Assembly: GCA_023920165.1 (NCBI GenBank)
Contig: CP089281.1
Coordinates: 1,550,001-1,614,000, forward strand
Reading direction: 5' to 3'
Source: Curvularia clavata
Lineage: Eukaryota
DNA: 64,000 nucleotides
Shown here: positions 1 to 11,687 of the stretch, piece by piece
Numbering within the stretch: the first letter of the stretch is position 1
Layout of the letters: every line of letters begins with the position of its first letter
The notes under the pieces: generated by a model
The model's database searches: none
What the model was told of the DNA's origin: nothing
Seen by the model: the letters and a program-made list of their open reading frames with translations, nothing else
Made by a program: the position numbers and the translations under genes

Positions 1-1746
1 TTCAGTGCTGACTTTAACTCCTTCAGCGCAGCCATTACAAGAGGAACTGTGATTGGGCCTAGCAAGGGTAGGTAGACAGCGACCTTGTGCTCATCTGGGA
101 AGTAAACTTGGCCAACCATAGAGCGCTCGAAGAAAGCCTTCTCAGCCTCTACCTCTGCAGCCCGTGCATGTTCTAGCGCGTTAGGGAACCTTCCGTCTCG
201 GAGATAGTCGCAAGCTTGCTGCAGATGAGCAATAGTGCGATGTGTGGACTGAGCCACGTTATCAGGAACTGGAATAGAAGGAAGCTTCTGATATACTTGG
301 GCTAGGGCCCCTAGAGTAGATGAGGCAGAGAAGATCAGTGAAGCAGCTCGTACGCGTTCCAACGTTGAAATGCGCAGAGGAAGCGATGCTGGGCTTTGGG
401 GTAGGCCAAACAGCGAGATGAGTTGATTGGAAAAAGTGTGCATGGCTGGCGCGAGCATGTCTGCAGTGAGAGCTGACGGTGTATCTGACTCAGACTCGAG
501 ATTCAGGATATGCACACCTCCCCATTGAGGAATCAGCCAGCTATTGCCGCCATTCTCCTTTATCAGCAATGGAGATTGCGCGCGATCCGGAACGTAGAGG
601 ATAAAGTTGACTGTTGGTCCCTCGCCAATGCTAGGGCTTAGGGGCCATTCGGCGGCGTTTACGAAACCGCTTAGATCTTCTTTGCGAAGTGTCCACGCTT
701 TTCTTTCTTCATCATATTCCGGCTGTCGAATGGAGGGCGTATAGGTGGCATATAGCTGGACTTGAGTGTCAACAGTAAAGTTACTGATGGCAGAGAGCGC
801 GCCAAGGAGAGGGCTCATGTAGCTTTCGAGCGCCGCCTCAATGTCCCATTTGGAGGGTGCGAATGATGGACTGAAGAGGGAAAAGGTCAGATGGTATGTA
901 GGGGCATATTTGAGAGCGCGAGTAGATTGACGTTGGAGCTCTGCTGTTGTTTCGGGAGAGAGAGCTTTGATCTTAGCAGCATGCGCGTCAGAGGAAGCCG
1001 AGAGTACATGGGCTAACTGAGCCTGCTCTTCTGCGAAGATGTTGTGTAATTCTTGGGCAAGAAAGGTAGCGAGGCTCGAGCCAGTCGAGGATTGCGCAGG
1101 AATCTGGTTGGGCGAGTAGTATACATCCAGGGTAGCGGAGTAGGGCTGCAGGTGCGAGCGAGGCGTTGTGCCGGTTTCGACAGGTATCAGACGTACAACC
1201 AGAACTATGTCCTTATCGTCACTAGGAATGCTTGTTCCGTCACGGATCACTTGTTGCGAGGCATTGGGTTGGAACGGCGGATCGGCGAGCATCAGACGGA
1301 GATGGTGTGCTGAGAAGTCGTTGATGTCGTCGAGAGTATGTTGAGTGGTGCGTATAAGGTGCTCCACGTCAGGCGAGGGGATTGTAGCTTCGACGGCTAT
1401 GCGCAGAGGGAAGACTGGCTTGCAGACCTGCAATCGTGTCAACTTGGGTTGCCCTTGGATGCGCATAGCGCAATCATACCTTGGCCTCAGCCCAGTCAGT
1501 CATTTCCTGCAGCGGCAATTCCGCCCGATATATGGCTGTCGTCTTCAGCCATACCGGTAGTCCTAGGAATAAGACGACGGCCCAAAAGGAGATAATTGAC
1601 CATCGCCGCAGCCACAGGCTTTCTGTTGTCTCTGGGGGGAGCTTCTTCTGTGCCTTTGCAGCGACTGCTGGCGCCACTGAAGATGATTGCGATGGCTGCT
1701 TTGAATCGGCCGTCGGCGACGCGTCTGCGTCTGTTGCTGCCGCCAT
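1..1746 (-). CDS. GPI17: GPI transamidase component PIG-S/Gpi17 (3' end runs off the window start)
   Basis: Exon 1 MAAATD...FWAVVLFLGLPVWLKTTAIYRAELPL; intron 1428-1479 (GTATGA..CAG); exon 2 reads VCKPVFPLRI... and near base 1 gives the PIG-S C-terminal signature AFFERSMVGQVYFPDEHKVAVYLPLLGPITVPL. Confidence 0.93.
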
Positions 1747-2782
1747 GTTGGGTTGGGGTTGTCGAGTGTTACTCTGGACGATGTCGCGCCATGATGCGCG
1801 TCCGTGCGCGTCTCCACTAAGTAGGCCGAGAGTTCTGTTGTATCACTGTTTGTTGACCTTCCTCAACAGCCAGTTTGCATAGCTATATCAGGAGAGGCCG
1901 GTGTTATATTCACAATTTCATATCCATGTTTTCCATCTGAACCTCTTTTCCGTTTGGCGAGGACCGCTGTGCACGTGAACACCCGTCTCGTCCACGCATC
2001 TCGGGCAAGGCTTTGCATGGTTTACTCGGCCCTGTAGTGTCTCCAGCCCCTGTGTGTGACACTAAATCGGCGCAAAGTTCAAGCCAATGCATTAGCCTCC
2101 ATTCAATGTGCCTATTTACAAGAGGGTTGCATCCGAAGGGCAGTTGATTCCTAATCGGCCTTCAATCTCCCTTTCCAGCCGGCATTGAGGATGCTTGCGA
2201 AGAGATTCGCTCGAAATTGGTATCCGATCATGTGTTTTGAATGGTAGAAAGGGATGTTTTCTAGGCCAGGCTGCTCTTCACTCGTCTTGTAAACTAGTCG
2301 TCGCGTGGAGCAAGTAGCCTGTGAACGGATGGTCTGTGCACGGTGGTTCAATGAATGACCCATACGTTGGCCCACGATCAATGCCATCGAACGTCTGAAC
2401 GATGTTATATGTCGCAGTATAATATATCGAAATGATTTCAATGTTCCAACTCGCAGGACGCTGCCCGGGGCTCCCAGGCACGCGAACAATGGCTGGTGCG
2501 GTGCAAGCGTTCAGTGGCTCGCACTTGCGATCGCCCTGCAGCCCCGCTCGACTAGGCCTCTTGCGACCAGCCTGCGGTCCGTGCCATGCGGGGTTGCATA
2601 TCTGGGGAAGGGACTCGACAGAGAGTGACGCGGTGCTCACGAGATCGAGCCCAGCTACCCCTCTCGGCTGAAAGAGCTTCGCCCTGGCCTTCTTCTCCCT
2701 CTCTTCTACACACACCTCGTTCCATGATCCATCTCTCATTCTACTCAATCCATTCCACATCACCCACATCCAACCATTCAAG

Positions 2783-3850
2783 ATGAGTGCAGTTGCAGAC
2801 AACACCGATGGCCGCGTCGAGCAGGTCAAGGTGTTGTTTGCTCTCTTCGACAAGTACAATACGCTCGACGTGGCCGGTCCCCTTGAGGTCCTGAGCCGCT
2901 CTCTCCAGGACCCCAAAGATCCCAGTAAGCCAATCTACTCATCCCGACGACCAATTGCTCCTTGTTAACGCCCTACAGAGAGCAAGGCCTTCGATTGCCA
3001 GTTCGTCGGCACGGCAGCGGCAATGACCTCTGTCCAGGGTCTCACCATCAAGGCCGACATGGACTACGAGGTACGTGGTTTCTCCAAGACATCTCAATAG
3101 CTTTACTGACGCGCTGCTCAGGATGCCAACAACGAGCTCGAGGACTTCGACGTCATCATTGTCCCCGGTGGTGAGGGTGTGTTTGACGTGCTCAAGAACA
3201 AGTCTGAGCCTTTGAACCTCCTCACCAAATATGTCGAGCTTCAGGAGAAGAACCCCGTCAAAGAGCGCACCATCCTCGCCATCGATGTGGGTGCCCTGCT
3301 CCTTGCTCAGCAAGGTATGCTCGAGGGCCTCGCTGCTACAACCCACCCAGACTACTACGTCCGTCTTGAGACCATCTGTCAAGACGCGGCTAGGCGTGAC
3401 ATGTCCATGCGTACCGATGTCATGGAGGAGCGATACGTTGTCAACAACGCCCGCTTCGATCTCGGGGAGAACCCCGATGAGAACCCGTGAGCCCATCACA
3501 AGCACTCTATCATGCCACCAGCTAACCCTTGCAGGTACATTATCAAGAAGTCCCGCGCGGAGCCTGAGGAGCCAGAAGGCACCAACATGGGTCACGCTCG
3601 CAGAAAGTCCATAGCCCGCAAGGGCAGCAACGCATGGCGAGACTCTCGCCGCCGCGAGTCCATTGCCAGGCGTGCTTCTATGCCCCTCGGTGGTATGCGT
3701 GTCATCACCACTGGCGGTGTCACTGCTGGTCTCGATGCCAGCCTGTACTTGGTGGGTTCTCTTGCGTCCCACGAGTCGGCTTTGGAGGTCGCTCGTGTCA
3801 TGCAGTATACTTGGGTCAAGGGCGTTACGGTCGATGCAATTGATGTCTGA
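2783..3850 (+). CDS. DJ-1/PfpI (ThiJ, class I GATase-like) family protein, isocyanide-hydratase-like N-terminus, Cys nucleophile replaced by Asp
   Basis: 4 exons (introns 2925-2978, 3071-3121, 3488-3534). Motifs NTLDVAGPLEVL, FDVIIVPGG, ILAIDVGALLLAQQGMLEGLAATTH and VITTGGVTAGLDASLYLV. Confidence 0.88.
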
Positions 3851-4502
3851 GCTACGGCTCAGCGCAACAAGCGAAGGCGTTTTTACGGGTTGGGTAGAAC
3901 AGAGATCTGGACGATCATCTGGATGTCGGGAATCCTTGGGATTGACCACGACGAATCATGTGAGGATTCAACAACAAATGTAAAACATCATGAGATATTC
4001 GGTCGTGCTGCTGTGGCGTGATGATGGGATTGGAAGCAATGTTCGAGGTACGAGGAGCTGTCGCGCTAGTAAGCTCGTCGATGCTCCACAGCTCCACTTG
4101 CGTTCCAGCCTCCTTCTTCAACTTTTGCACGTGACCGTCCATGCATCCATCGTTCATCGATATTTGTGCAAAAGGAGAAAGGCTAAGACGACCAATCATA
4201 GGTTTGCAGTGACATGCTCGCTTAGCTCATTTGCAAAACCAAGCCAACGTCCGTAAAGTGCTAGTGTTTGGCTTTCTCTCCCCGAACGATGCCCGCGATA
4301 TGCAAAACACATGGGTGAGGTGATTGGGCCGGACGATTGCGCCATGGCCATGGCTGTAGTTCTGCAGCCTTGGCATCTCGTTGCAAAGCCCACACCTTGG
4401 GTTAGACGAAGACCGTGGCAATGTAAAGGATAGCTATCTATCTTGTTCGACTGACACCCCAGTTCTCGTATCAACACCACAATCTATGAACCTGCAGCTC
4501 CA

Positions 4503-6278
4503 ATGTCGTCGCTGCAATCCCTCATAGGCTCCCTCAGGCGCTCACGCCTATCCTCACCACCATCTGCTGCCCCCTCGACAGATTTGCATGCCAACACCGA
4601 CAAGCTCCCAGGGCGACTTCTCGATGTCTTCCTGAGAATGTGGGACTTGGGCTTCACGGCGTTTGGGGGACCGCCCGTGCACTTCCAGATCTTGCATCGT
4701 CGTTTTGTCGAGGGCAAGGGAGGGAAAACGGGCGATGTTGGGAAGAAGTGGCTGGATGAGCAGGCTGTAAGTGTAGTTTTTGTTGGATCTTGTTTGGAAT
4801 GAATGGAGAGGGAAGAGTAAGGAACACGACAATAACTTGGCTAAGAGATGGAAAGACCAGGAAAAAATCGATCGTAAGCTGACAATCCATTCAAGTATCA
4901 AGAACTTTTTGCGATATGTCAAGCTCTTCCAGGCCCTGCGTCAACAAAAATGTGCTTCTGTATCGCTCTTTTACACGCCGGCATGATCCCTGCCGTTTTC
5001 GCCTTTATGCTCTGGAGTCTACCAGGTGCCATTGGCATGTATGCCCTCTCCCTCGGTGTACAGAACATGCCTGAGCGTCTTCCTTCGATTGTTTACGCCT
5101 TGCTCTCTGGTCTCAACGCTAGTACCGTTGGCATCATTGCGCTGGCTGCTGTGCAATTGGCCGAGAAAGCAATCAAAGATAAAGTAACCAGAATCCTGGT
5201 CATCTTCGGTGCATGTGCAGGACTATGCTATAATGCGTTGTGGTACTTCCCTGTATTGATCATTTGCGGAGGTATCGTGACCGTGTTATGGGATATCTGG
5301 CTTATGCGATGGGTAGGCAAGATGCAGGCAAGATATCAAGCTCGACGGCGTCGAGCCCGAAACGAGCAAGGCGATGCTGAGGAAGAGATTCAGCATGCAG
5401 AAACACATCAGACTCCGTCCGTGGATCTTACGCGTCCCCAAGCCATCAAGCGGAGACCACAAGCTGGTAGCTCAAGAGTAGACGACGCCGCATCTTCACG
5501 CGAAGACCTCGCTGCAACACAGCCTCCTGTGACCGTCGATGAACCCGTAAGACAAATACCGCAACCGCCAGCAGCAGCAGCAGACTTTAAATCACACATT
5601 ATCTCCGTCAAAATCGGTGCTACACTCATCATCGGCTTCACCATCTCCTTCATCGTCATCATGGTCCTGCGCGGCACCCTCGACTCCATCCCCCGCCCTT
5701 TCGCCGTCTTCTCCAACATGTACCTCGCCGGCACCATCATCTTCGGCGGCGGGCCAGTCGTGATTCCACTTCTTAGATCCTACGTGGTCGACCCTGGCTG
5801 GGTGAACCCACGTGACTTTCTGCTCGGTCTCGCTATCATCCAGGCGTTCCCAGGCCCAAACTTTAACTTTGCTGTGTACCTCGGAGCCCTCGCCGTCTCT
5901 TCCTCGCCTACTTCGACTCCAACAGTCTTCGGCGCCTTGTTGGGTTTCATTGGTATTTTCTTCCCTGGTATCGTCTTAGCGGTTGGCGTGCAGTCCTTCT
6001 GGCAGATACTTAGGACTAAGCCGGCCTTTGTGAGCTTGCTCAAGGGGATCAATGCGACGGCTGTGGGATTAGTGTTTACGGCTGTGTACAGGCTGTGGGA
6101 GATTGGGTATTTGACGCCTGAAAGTGCGGATGGGAAGAGTTTGGCTGAGGAACCGTGGTGGGTTGTTGTTGCGGCGTTGGCATATGCAGAGACGGCGTGG
6201 TTTGGAGTCCCGCCTGCAGTGGCGATTGTGTTTGGGGCTGTCTTGGGTATGGGGTGGTATGGGGCTGTGGGGAGGTAA
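4503..6278 (+). CDS. chrA: Long-chain chromate ion transporter (CHR family), two CHR domains
   Basis: LGFTAFGGPPVH in exon 1; intron 4767-4895; YQELFAICQALPGPAST; second domain TIIFGGGPVVIPLL...AIIQAFPGPNFNF; many TM segments. Confidence 0.92.
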
Positions 6279-6830
6279 TCATATGATGGAGAGGGGAATA
6301 GATGGGGTTGGGACTCTCGCAACAACCAGAACATAGAAGCTGACGTCACTTAAAAGTAGCTGTGCTTGTCCTAGTTCTCAAAAACGTTTAATGGCTTTCT
6401 TTCGTTGGAAAAAAGACATACGCATACTTACGATTTCTCATGGCACTGAGGAAAAGGCAAAGCAGATATATGCAGAAGCAATCTTGCAACCGCAACCAAA
6501 CATATAGTCCCAATTGTTTCTAGTATACATAACCTCCGCCATAACTACTACGCTCCTAACCAATATTTAGGGGAGAGATCCAACCCAGAATTCCCAAACC
6601 AAGAATTATGAGAAACCTCATCAACCCAGCCACAAAACATTCAAGAAAACGCCAATCATGTTTGTCCAACAAAGCATCGGTAGCCTCCAATCAAATCCAA
6701 AACGTTGCCTCCCTTCAATTGAAAACTCCAAGAAAACTCCAAAAGAGACCCTCACGTGTCCATGTGTTTCTTCATTCCATTATCCTACAAACTCCCCGAA
6801 ACCAAATAACACAGTCCATGTAGCTACAAC

Positions 6831-7172
6831 TTAGTTGTAGTAGCCTCCATTTGGCGCCGAAGTCGACGTGTTGGGGTCATTGATCTTGCCGCCTCCATTG
6901 TGAATGACAGGGGGCTTGCTGTAGCGTTTGCTGCATGACGACGAGGCCGATTGGGTGTAGAGAGACTGGTATGTTGACGATGAAGTCGACGAGTAGGAAG
7001 AGGTCGAGGTGGACGAGTATGCTGACGAGGTGTTAGAAGGTCGTGTGGTGGTGGGCTGGAGGTGAGTCTTACTGGTTGATGAAGTAGAAGGGCGCGAGTA
7101 CGAGTATGATGTCCCTTTTTGGGGGGTGTAGGAGGAGTAGGAGGAAGATGAGTAGTTGTAAGAGGACGACAT
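6831..7172 (-). CDS. Small Ser/Thr/Tyr-rich low-complexity hypothetical protein (113 aa)
   Basis: ATG in good context (acaaccATGT) after a CA-rich leader; single ORF MSSSYNYSSSS...PPVIHNGGGKINDPNTSTSAPNGGYYN; long upstream intergenic region. Confidence 0.65.
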   Translation of the reverse strand: MSSSYNYSSSSYSSYTPQKGTSYSYSRPSTSSTSKTHLQPTTTRPSNTSSAYSSTSTSSYSSTSSSTYQSLYTQSASSSCSKRYSKPPVIHNGGGKINDPNTSTSAPNGGYYN

Positions 7173-8548
7173 GGTTGTGGTAGGTGTTGGTGGCGCTTGG
7201 GTTGGTTGTGTGATGTGAATGGCTTTGGTGTTTGAGTCAAGATAGAACACAAGGGGTGGTATGGCTTTAAACTTGTGTGCGGACGGCAGTATATAGGATT
7301 GGCTTGATATGAGTTGTGTGTGTAGTAGAAAGGATACAAAAGGTATTCACTTGAACGAAGTATTTATTTCCAGGCACCACCTGAGGCCGCCGTTAGAACC
7401 CACCCACTCACACGACTCCCAACTACTCAAGTCGGTAATTCTTTCTCGTGCTACCCATCGGAGCTTTCCATGATCGTTGCCTGACGAGTTAGCTTGGACT
7501 AGGCGTCTTTGCTTGCGCCCTCTCTGAAGGGGGATGATTCACAGGGTGCGTGGGTGGCTATGTCGCTACTTTTTTCTGGGCCGACCGACCGGGTCCTGAG
7601 GCAAAACCGGAGAACGTAAAGGAACAGAAAACGACTTAGTGACTAGGCTACAACTGTTTCGGTATCCCTAATCTGGAGAAAAGAGATAGAGTCATCATAT
7701 GTAAGTGCGCGCGTGCGCAAGTGCGCCGCCAAAGGGAAACAAGATCAGTTGTCTTGTAGAGCCGCGTCACGGCCACCACAGGTCCAGACAATGCCATGGC
7801 TCCAGCTGCCACAATCAGGCACGGTCAGCAAAAAAGCCGTGGCGAGGCACCGATGAAAACGCGTAGTCCAGTGACGTCCTTTGGATCTCCAGGCTTCAGT
7901 CATCCGAATTAGGGACGTGGGTAAAAAAGAAAAAAGAGACTCTGGTGAACGTTTGGGGCCACCGGTGTGCCAAAGAGGGTATGGCGTGAGCGTGGGGGGC
8001 TTAGAACACGGGTGCCTGGAGGCATCATCGTTAGAATGGTTCACCGTCATGTTTCAGGAGAAGTGAAAGGAAACAAAAAATCTTCTTCGGCGGTTTCCGA
8101 TGACGTTTGGGAGAAGACAATCGAGTGGTTGAGAAGGATAAGGCAGGGAAAAAGGGCGCTGTCGAGGGAGAACGCAAGGCGCAGTCCGGCTTAGCGGGGT
8201 TTGTGATGCAAGCAATCGTCCAAGGCTGTCACGGGCTGAACGCCATTCACGTGTACGTGAGTCACGGTTGACTCGAAGCTGGCCAGACCTTTGGTAGGGG
8301 GGTGTGGCTGTGGTTGCGCAAATGCGCATACGTTCGACAGCGCATAGATGGTAAACTGCTGGGGAAGTGACGCACGACATCCCTCCTTGCAGGGCCAGAC
8401 CACTTCGCTGATTCCAGCCACAAACAGAGTCCGCATATCGAAGCAAATCAATCGGTCCTTTTAAGTCGTTATTGTTATTAAATGCATTGGGTATCGCTAT
8501 AATGCCCCCTCTTCAGTCATTGCCGTCTCGTACGGATGCCGGCCAGTC

Positions 8549-9916
8549 TTAATCATACAATTTCAGTGCGCCATTAAGGTCGCCAGCAACAACCTTCGAC
8601 GTCTCCCTTGGATGCCACTGCACTGCAAGGACAGGCGCGTCGCTAGCCGGAATCTTGTGGTACATTTTGCACGTCTTCCAGTCCCAGAAACATATGAAAC
8701 CACCACTGTCACCAGAGCTGATAAATTGCCCGTCAGGACTAATGGCAACATCTGGTGCATACCCAGCCACGTTGTGCCCTCTGTAGCTCTTCTTCCGATT
8801 CTGCCTGAAGCGATCTGTCGAGCTGTATACTGTGATCTGGTTGTCTGACGACTGGAAGGCGACGTATTTGCCTGATGGGTGGGGAGAGGATCGGACCATG
8901 GCAAACATGTACGGTTCCGCGATGAATTTGATCGGGACGGGAATACCGTATTCCCATGCGCGAAGGGACTTGTCGTCGGAAGTTGTGATGAACCGGCGGT
9001 TCTCGTCGCAGAAGGTGATGGTGTTGACAGGCCCAAGGTGGTGGTCGTATTCCTGTACCATTTCTCCGCTTCTAGTGTCGTACTGCAGAATCTTCTTGTC
9101 ACTCATACCCGCCAAGAATTCGTGTGGTGTGCTTGGGTTGATGCGCACAACGTGGGGAGTCTTTCCAGTTGTGAACTTGTTCAGGCACTTTCCGGTCTCT
9201 GTGTCCCACAGCTTCATGTAGCGATCATAACTGGCAGACACAAATTGCGTGCCAGTAGGATTGAAGTCAATGTCGACAACTGACTTTGTATGTCCAGAAT
9301 ATGTTCGCAATAGTTCTCGCTGATGGTATACGTCCCACAGCGCAATCTTGGAGTCGGCCGAAGCAGAGAGGAGGAGATGGCCGCTGTCTGGTATGAAGCG
9401 TACTTGGGTAATCGACTTGGTGTGATATTTGTAGGTGTGGATGAGCTTCTTGGGTATAAAGTTCTTGGGTTCGTAGTCGCCCGTAAGCTTGATATCGAGG
9501 TCCGTGGGTATATGCATGTACGATCGTCCTTGGTAGTCGTATTGCTGGCTTCCTACGAATTCGCTCGTCTCGCCCTCGGTCTCGGTGTCGCGGTAGTCTG
9601 TTCCCTCGAGCTTCTTGGATGCGGTGGCAGAGTTATCGACAAGCTCGTCCTCCTCGTACACTATTTCCACCTCCACATCCGACCCAAACTCATCGTCCGA
9701 GGCGGCGTCTGGCCTTTGCTCTTCATATTTTGCCCATGGCCCTTTGTATGCGCCAGCCCCGCTCACGATGCTCGAATCGCCCTTGGCCTCGCGCTTTCGT
9801 TTTTTGGATCCCTCTCCGCTCTCAGTGGAACGTTGACCTTGTCGGAATGTGTGGTCGCTGATGTACGTTTCGGCGGCGAAGCCGGTTGGCACTCTGCCAG
9901 AGCTCCCACCAACCAT
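8549..9916 (-). CDS. PRP17: Pre-mRNA splicing factor Prp17/Cdc40 (WD40 repeat protein); a further 5' exon is possible
   Basis: YKGPWAKY, QYDYQGRSYMHIP, FIPKKLIHT, WD repeats, YDHHLGPVNTITF, FRQNRKK..GHNVAGY, WHPRETSKV. Confidence 0.94.
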   Translation of the reverse strand: MVGGSSGRVPTGFAAETYISDHTFRQGQRSTESGEGSKKRKREAKGDSSIVSGAGAYKGPWAKYEEQRPDAASDDEFGSDVEVEIVYEEDELVDNSATASKKLEGTDYRDTETEGETSEFVGSQQYDYQGRSYMHIPTDLDIKLTGDYEPKNFIPKKLIHTYKYHTKSITQVRFIPDSGHLLLSASADSKIALWDVYHQRELLRTYSGHTKSVVDIDFNPTGTQFVSASYDRYMKLWDTETGKCLNKFTTGKTPHVVRINPSTPHEFLAGMSDKKILQYDTRSGEMVQEYDHHLGPVNTITFCDENRRFITTSDDKSLRAWEYGIPVPIKFIAEPYMFAMVRSSPHPSGKYVAFQSSDNQITVYSSTDRFRQNRKKSYRGHNVAGYAPDVAISPDGQFISSGDSGGFICFWDWKTCKMYHKIPASDAPVLAVQWHPRETSKVVAGDLNGALKLYD

Positions 9917-10437
9917 GATCAGATTGTTCGCCGATGTATTCGCGGTCGCGTAGGCTGTGTAGGCACAGGCTGATGTTTATATTTATGCCGAGAGGAAGCC
10001 GAGAGGTGACATGCGGTCGTGAACCGTAGGGAATCTTGAGTCTTGGAAGAGCTCCCGCGTCACAAAATATGCGTGACTAAGCACGCCAAGCCTTTCCTCA
10101 GCGACGAGGTCCCTGCATGTGAAACTGTAATCCATTTACAATGAGCTAATCTAACGCTATCATTTCGACATGGGTGCATCAAGGCCGTCCAAATCCCTTT
10201 CGTAAACGCTGTTCCTCCTAAAATCTGCCACCAAAACGTTGCTCCGCACACTAGGCCAACACCCTAACCATGCCTTCCTTTTGGCAACATGCGCACGCGT
10301 GGCTCCACTGCTCGAGCCGGATATCAATGCCCTCCTATTTCCTTCTTCCTAGCTTGCCAACATCGCTTTTCATAGTTCGCTGCAACCAACATAGCTACAA
10401 ACACCACTACAATCAGGACCAGTGGCATAGTCCCCAC

Positions 10438-11042
10438 CTAATGAGACTCGTCGCGAATGAGGGCGACAATCATGCTGTAGAGGTAGAAGAAGAACATGAG
10501 CAGATGGAAGCCCAGCTTGATGAACGATTCCTGGGTGCATGTTAGCTAGCTGCACCACATAGTGATTGGGGTCCGCTATCTCACCTTCTTGTGCACGTTA
10601 AGCTTCCTGAAGATTTCCGTTGCATCCAAAAGGTGCTGGTTCTCAAAGATCCTGCCAGAGTCAGCACTGCCAATATCGTTATGTGGGCGGGGTTGGGCAC
10701 GTACTTCTTTCCGTTCCATGCCAGGAGGGGCAGGTTCAGGATCAAGGCCATCCAGTATCCATTGATAAGGAAGAGGAAGGTCAGGAAAGCGTGGACAGCG
10801 GCTTCAGGAATGATGTAGGTGTTGAGACGGTTGCAGAGATCGATAGGGTTGATGTAGTCGCTGGCGCAAAATTAGCTTCTGCTGAACAAGGCAGCTTGCT
10901 ATCATCTGTTTGCGATGATGCTTCGTCAAGATGCCACTCACCATTCCAGATCGCTGTACATGATGGTAAAGAAGACCTGGAGGAACAGGTTGACGGCGTT
11001 TATCAGCACCGCCAACAGGTACAACCATGCTTCACCAGTCAT
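10438..11042 (-). CDS. ERV14: Cornichon-family ER cargo receptor Erv14
   Basis: 4 exons (11042-10942, 10860-10705, 10651-10585, 10530-10438) splice to [47 protein letters not shown]...[47 protein letters not shown]. Not present as a protein in the ORF track. Confidence 0.96.
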
Positions 11043-11687
11043 TGTGGCGGTAGATTATGCGGCGTAACACGACTGTGATGTATGAGGGAAGGCGAGGTAT
11101 GCAGGCTGCTGTGTTGGCCGGCGGCTGTGTACGCGATTGAACAAGTGTGCGAGAGATGCCCAAGGCTCGGATGCGGTCGTGTGTTTGCGGGCTGCCGGGG
11201 CTAGACGCGGGAAGCTTAGCTTGTGTGCGGGGCCTTGAGGGCAGTTGCTATGACGTCGAAGTTGCGACGGAGAATGAGGAGTAATGCGACGGCACAACAC
11301 AAATCACAGACGAGCGGCACTGAACAAAGAGCTGAGACTCGGGTGCGAGCACAAACACAGATGCTTAGATGACGTTGAGGCGGAGACGCACGAGATGCTT
11401 CCCTGGACAGAGCAAGCATGGCCGTTAGCGCCCTTCGCTTGTGCGAGAGCCCAGACGGACCAACACCATTCGGGCGAGAGCCTCATGTGATCAAGAGTGA
11501 GCGTTCTCAGATGTTGCGCTATTATCCCAATTGGCTCCATGGGAGAAGACGTCACGCTCGCAGCGTGTATACTAGCGTCAGTGGCCAGAAGCTGGCGTAG
11601 TATCGAACTATCATCACAGCCTGCATGCTTGGCGTCATTCCATCTGATCCATCCTGTATGGCTCTGTTGATTTCTATTCAGCTACAC

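Noticed and set aside
2939..3949. 336-aa ORF on the minus strand
   Set aside because: Antisense shadow of the DJ-1/PfpI gene, explained by biased codon usage; no recognisable motifs.
9323..9973. 216-aa plus-strand ORF, and similar overlapping ORFs at 20689-21327, 29612-30259 and 34680-35303
   Set aside because: Antisense to well-supported genes or lying in promoter DNA, with no protein-like features.
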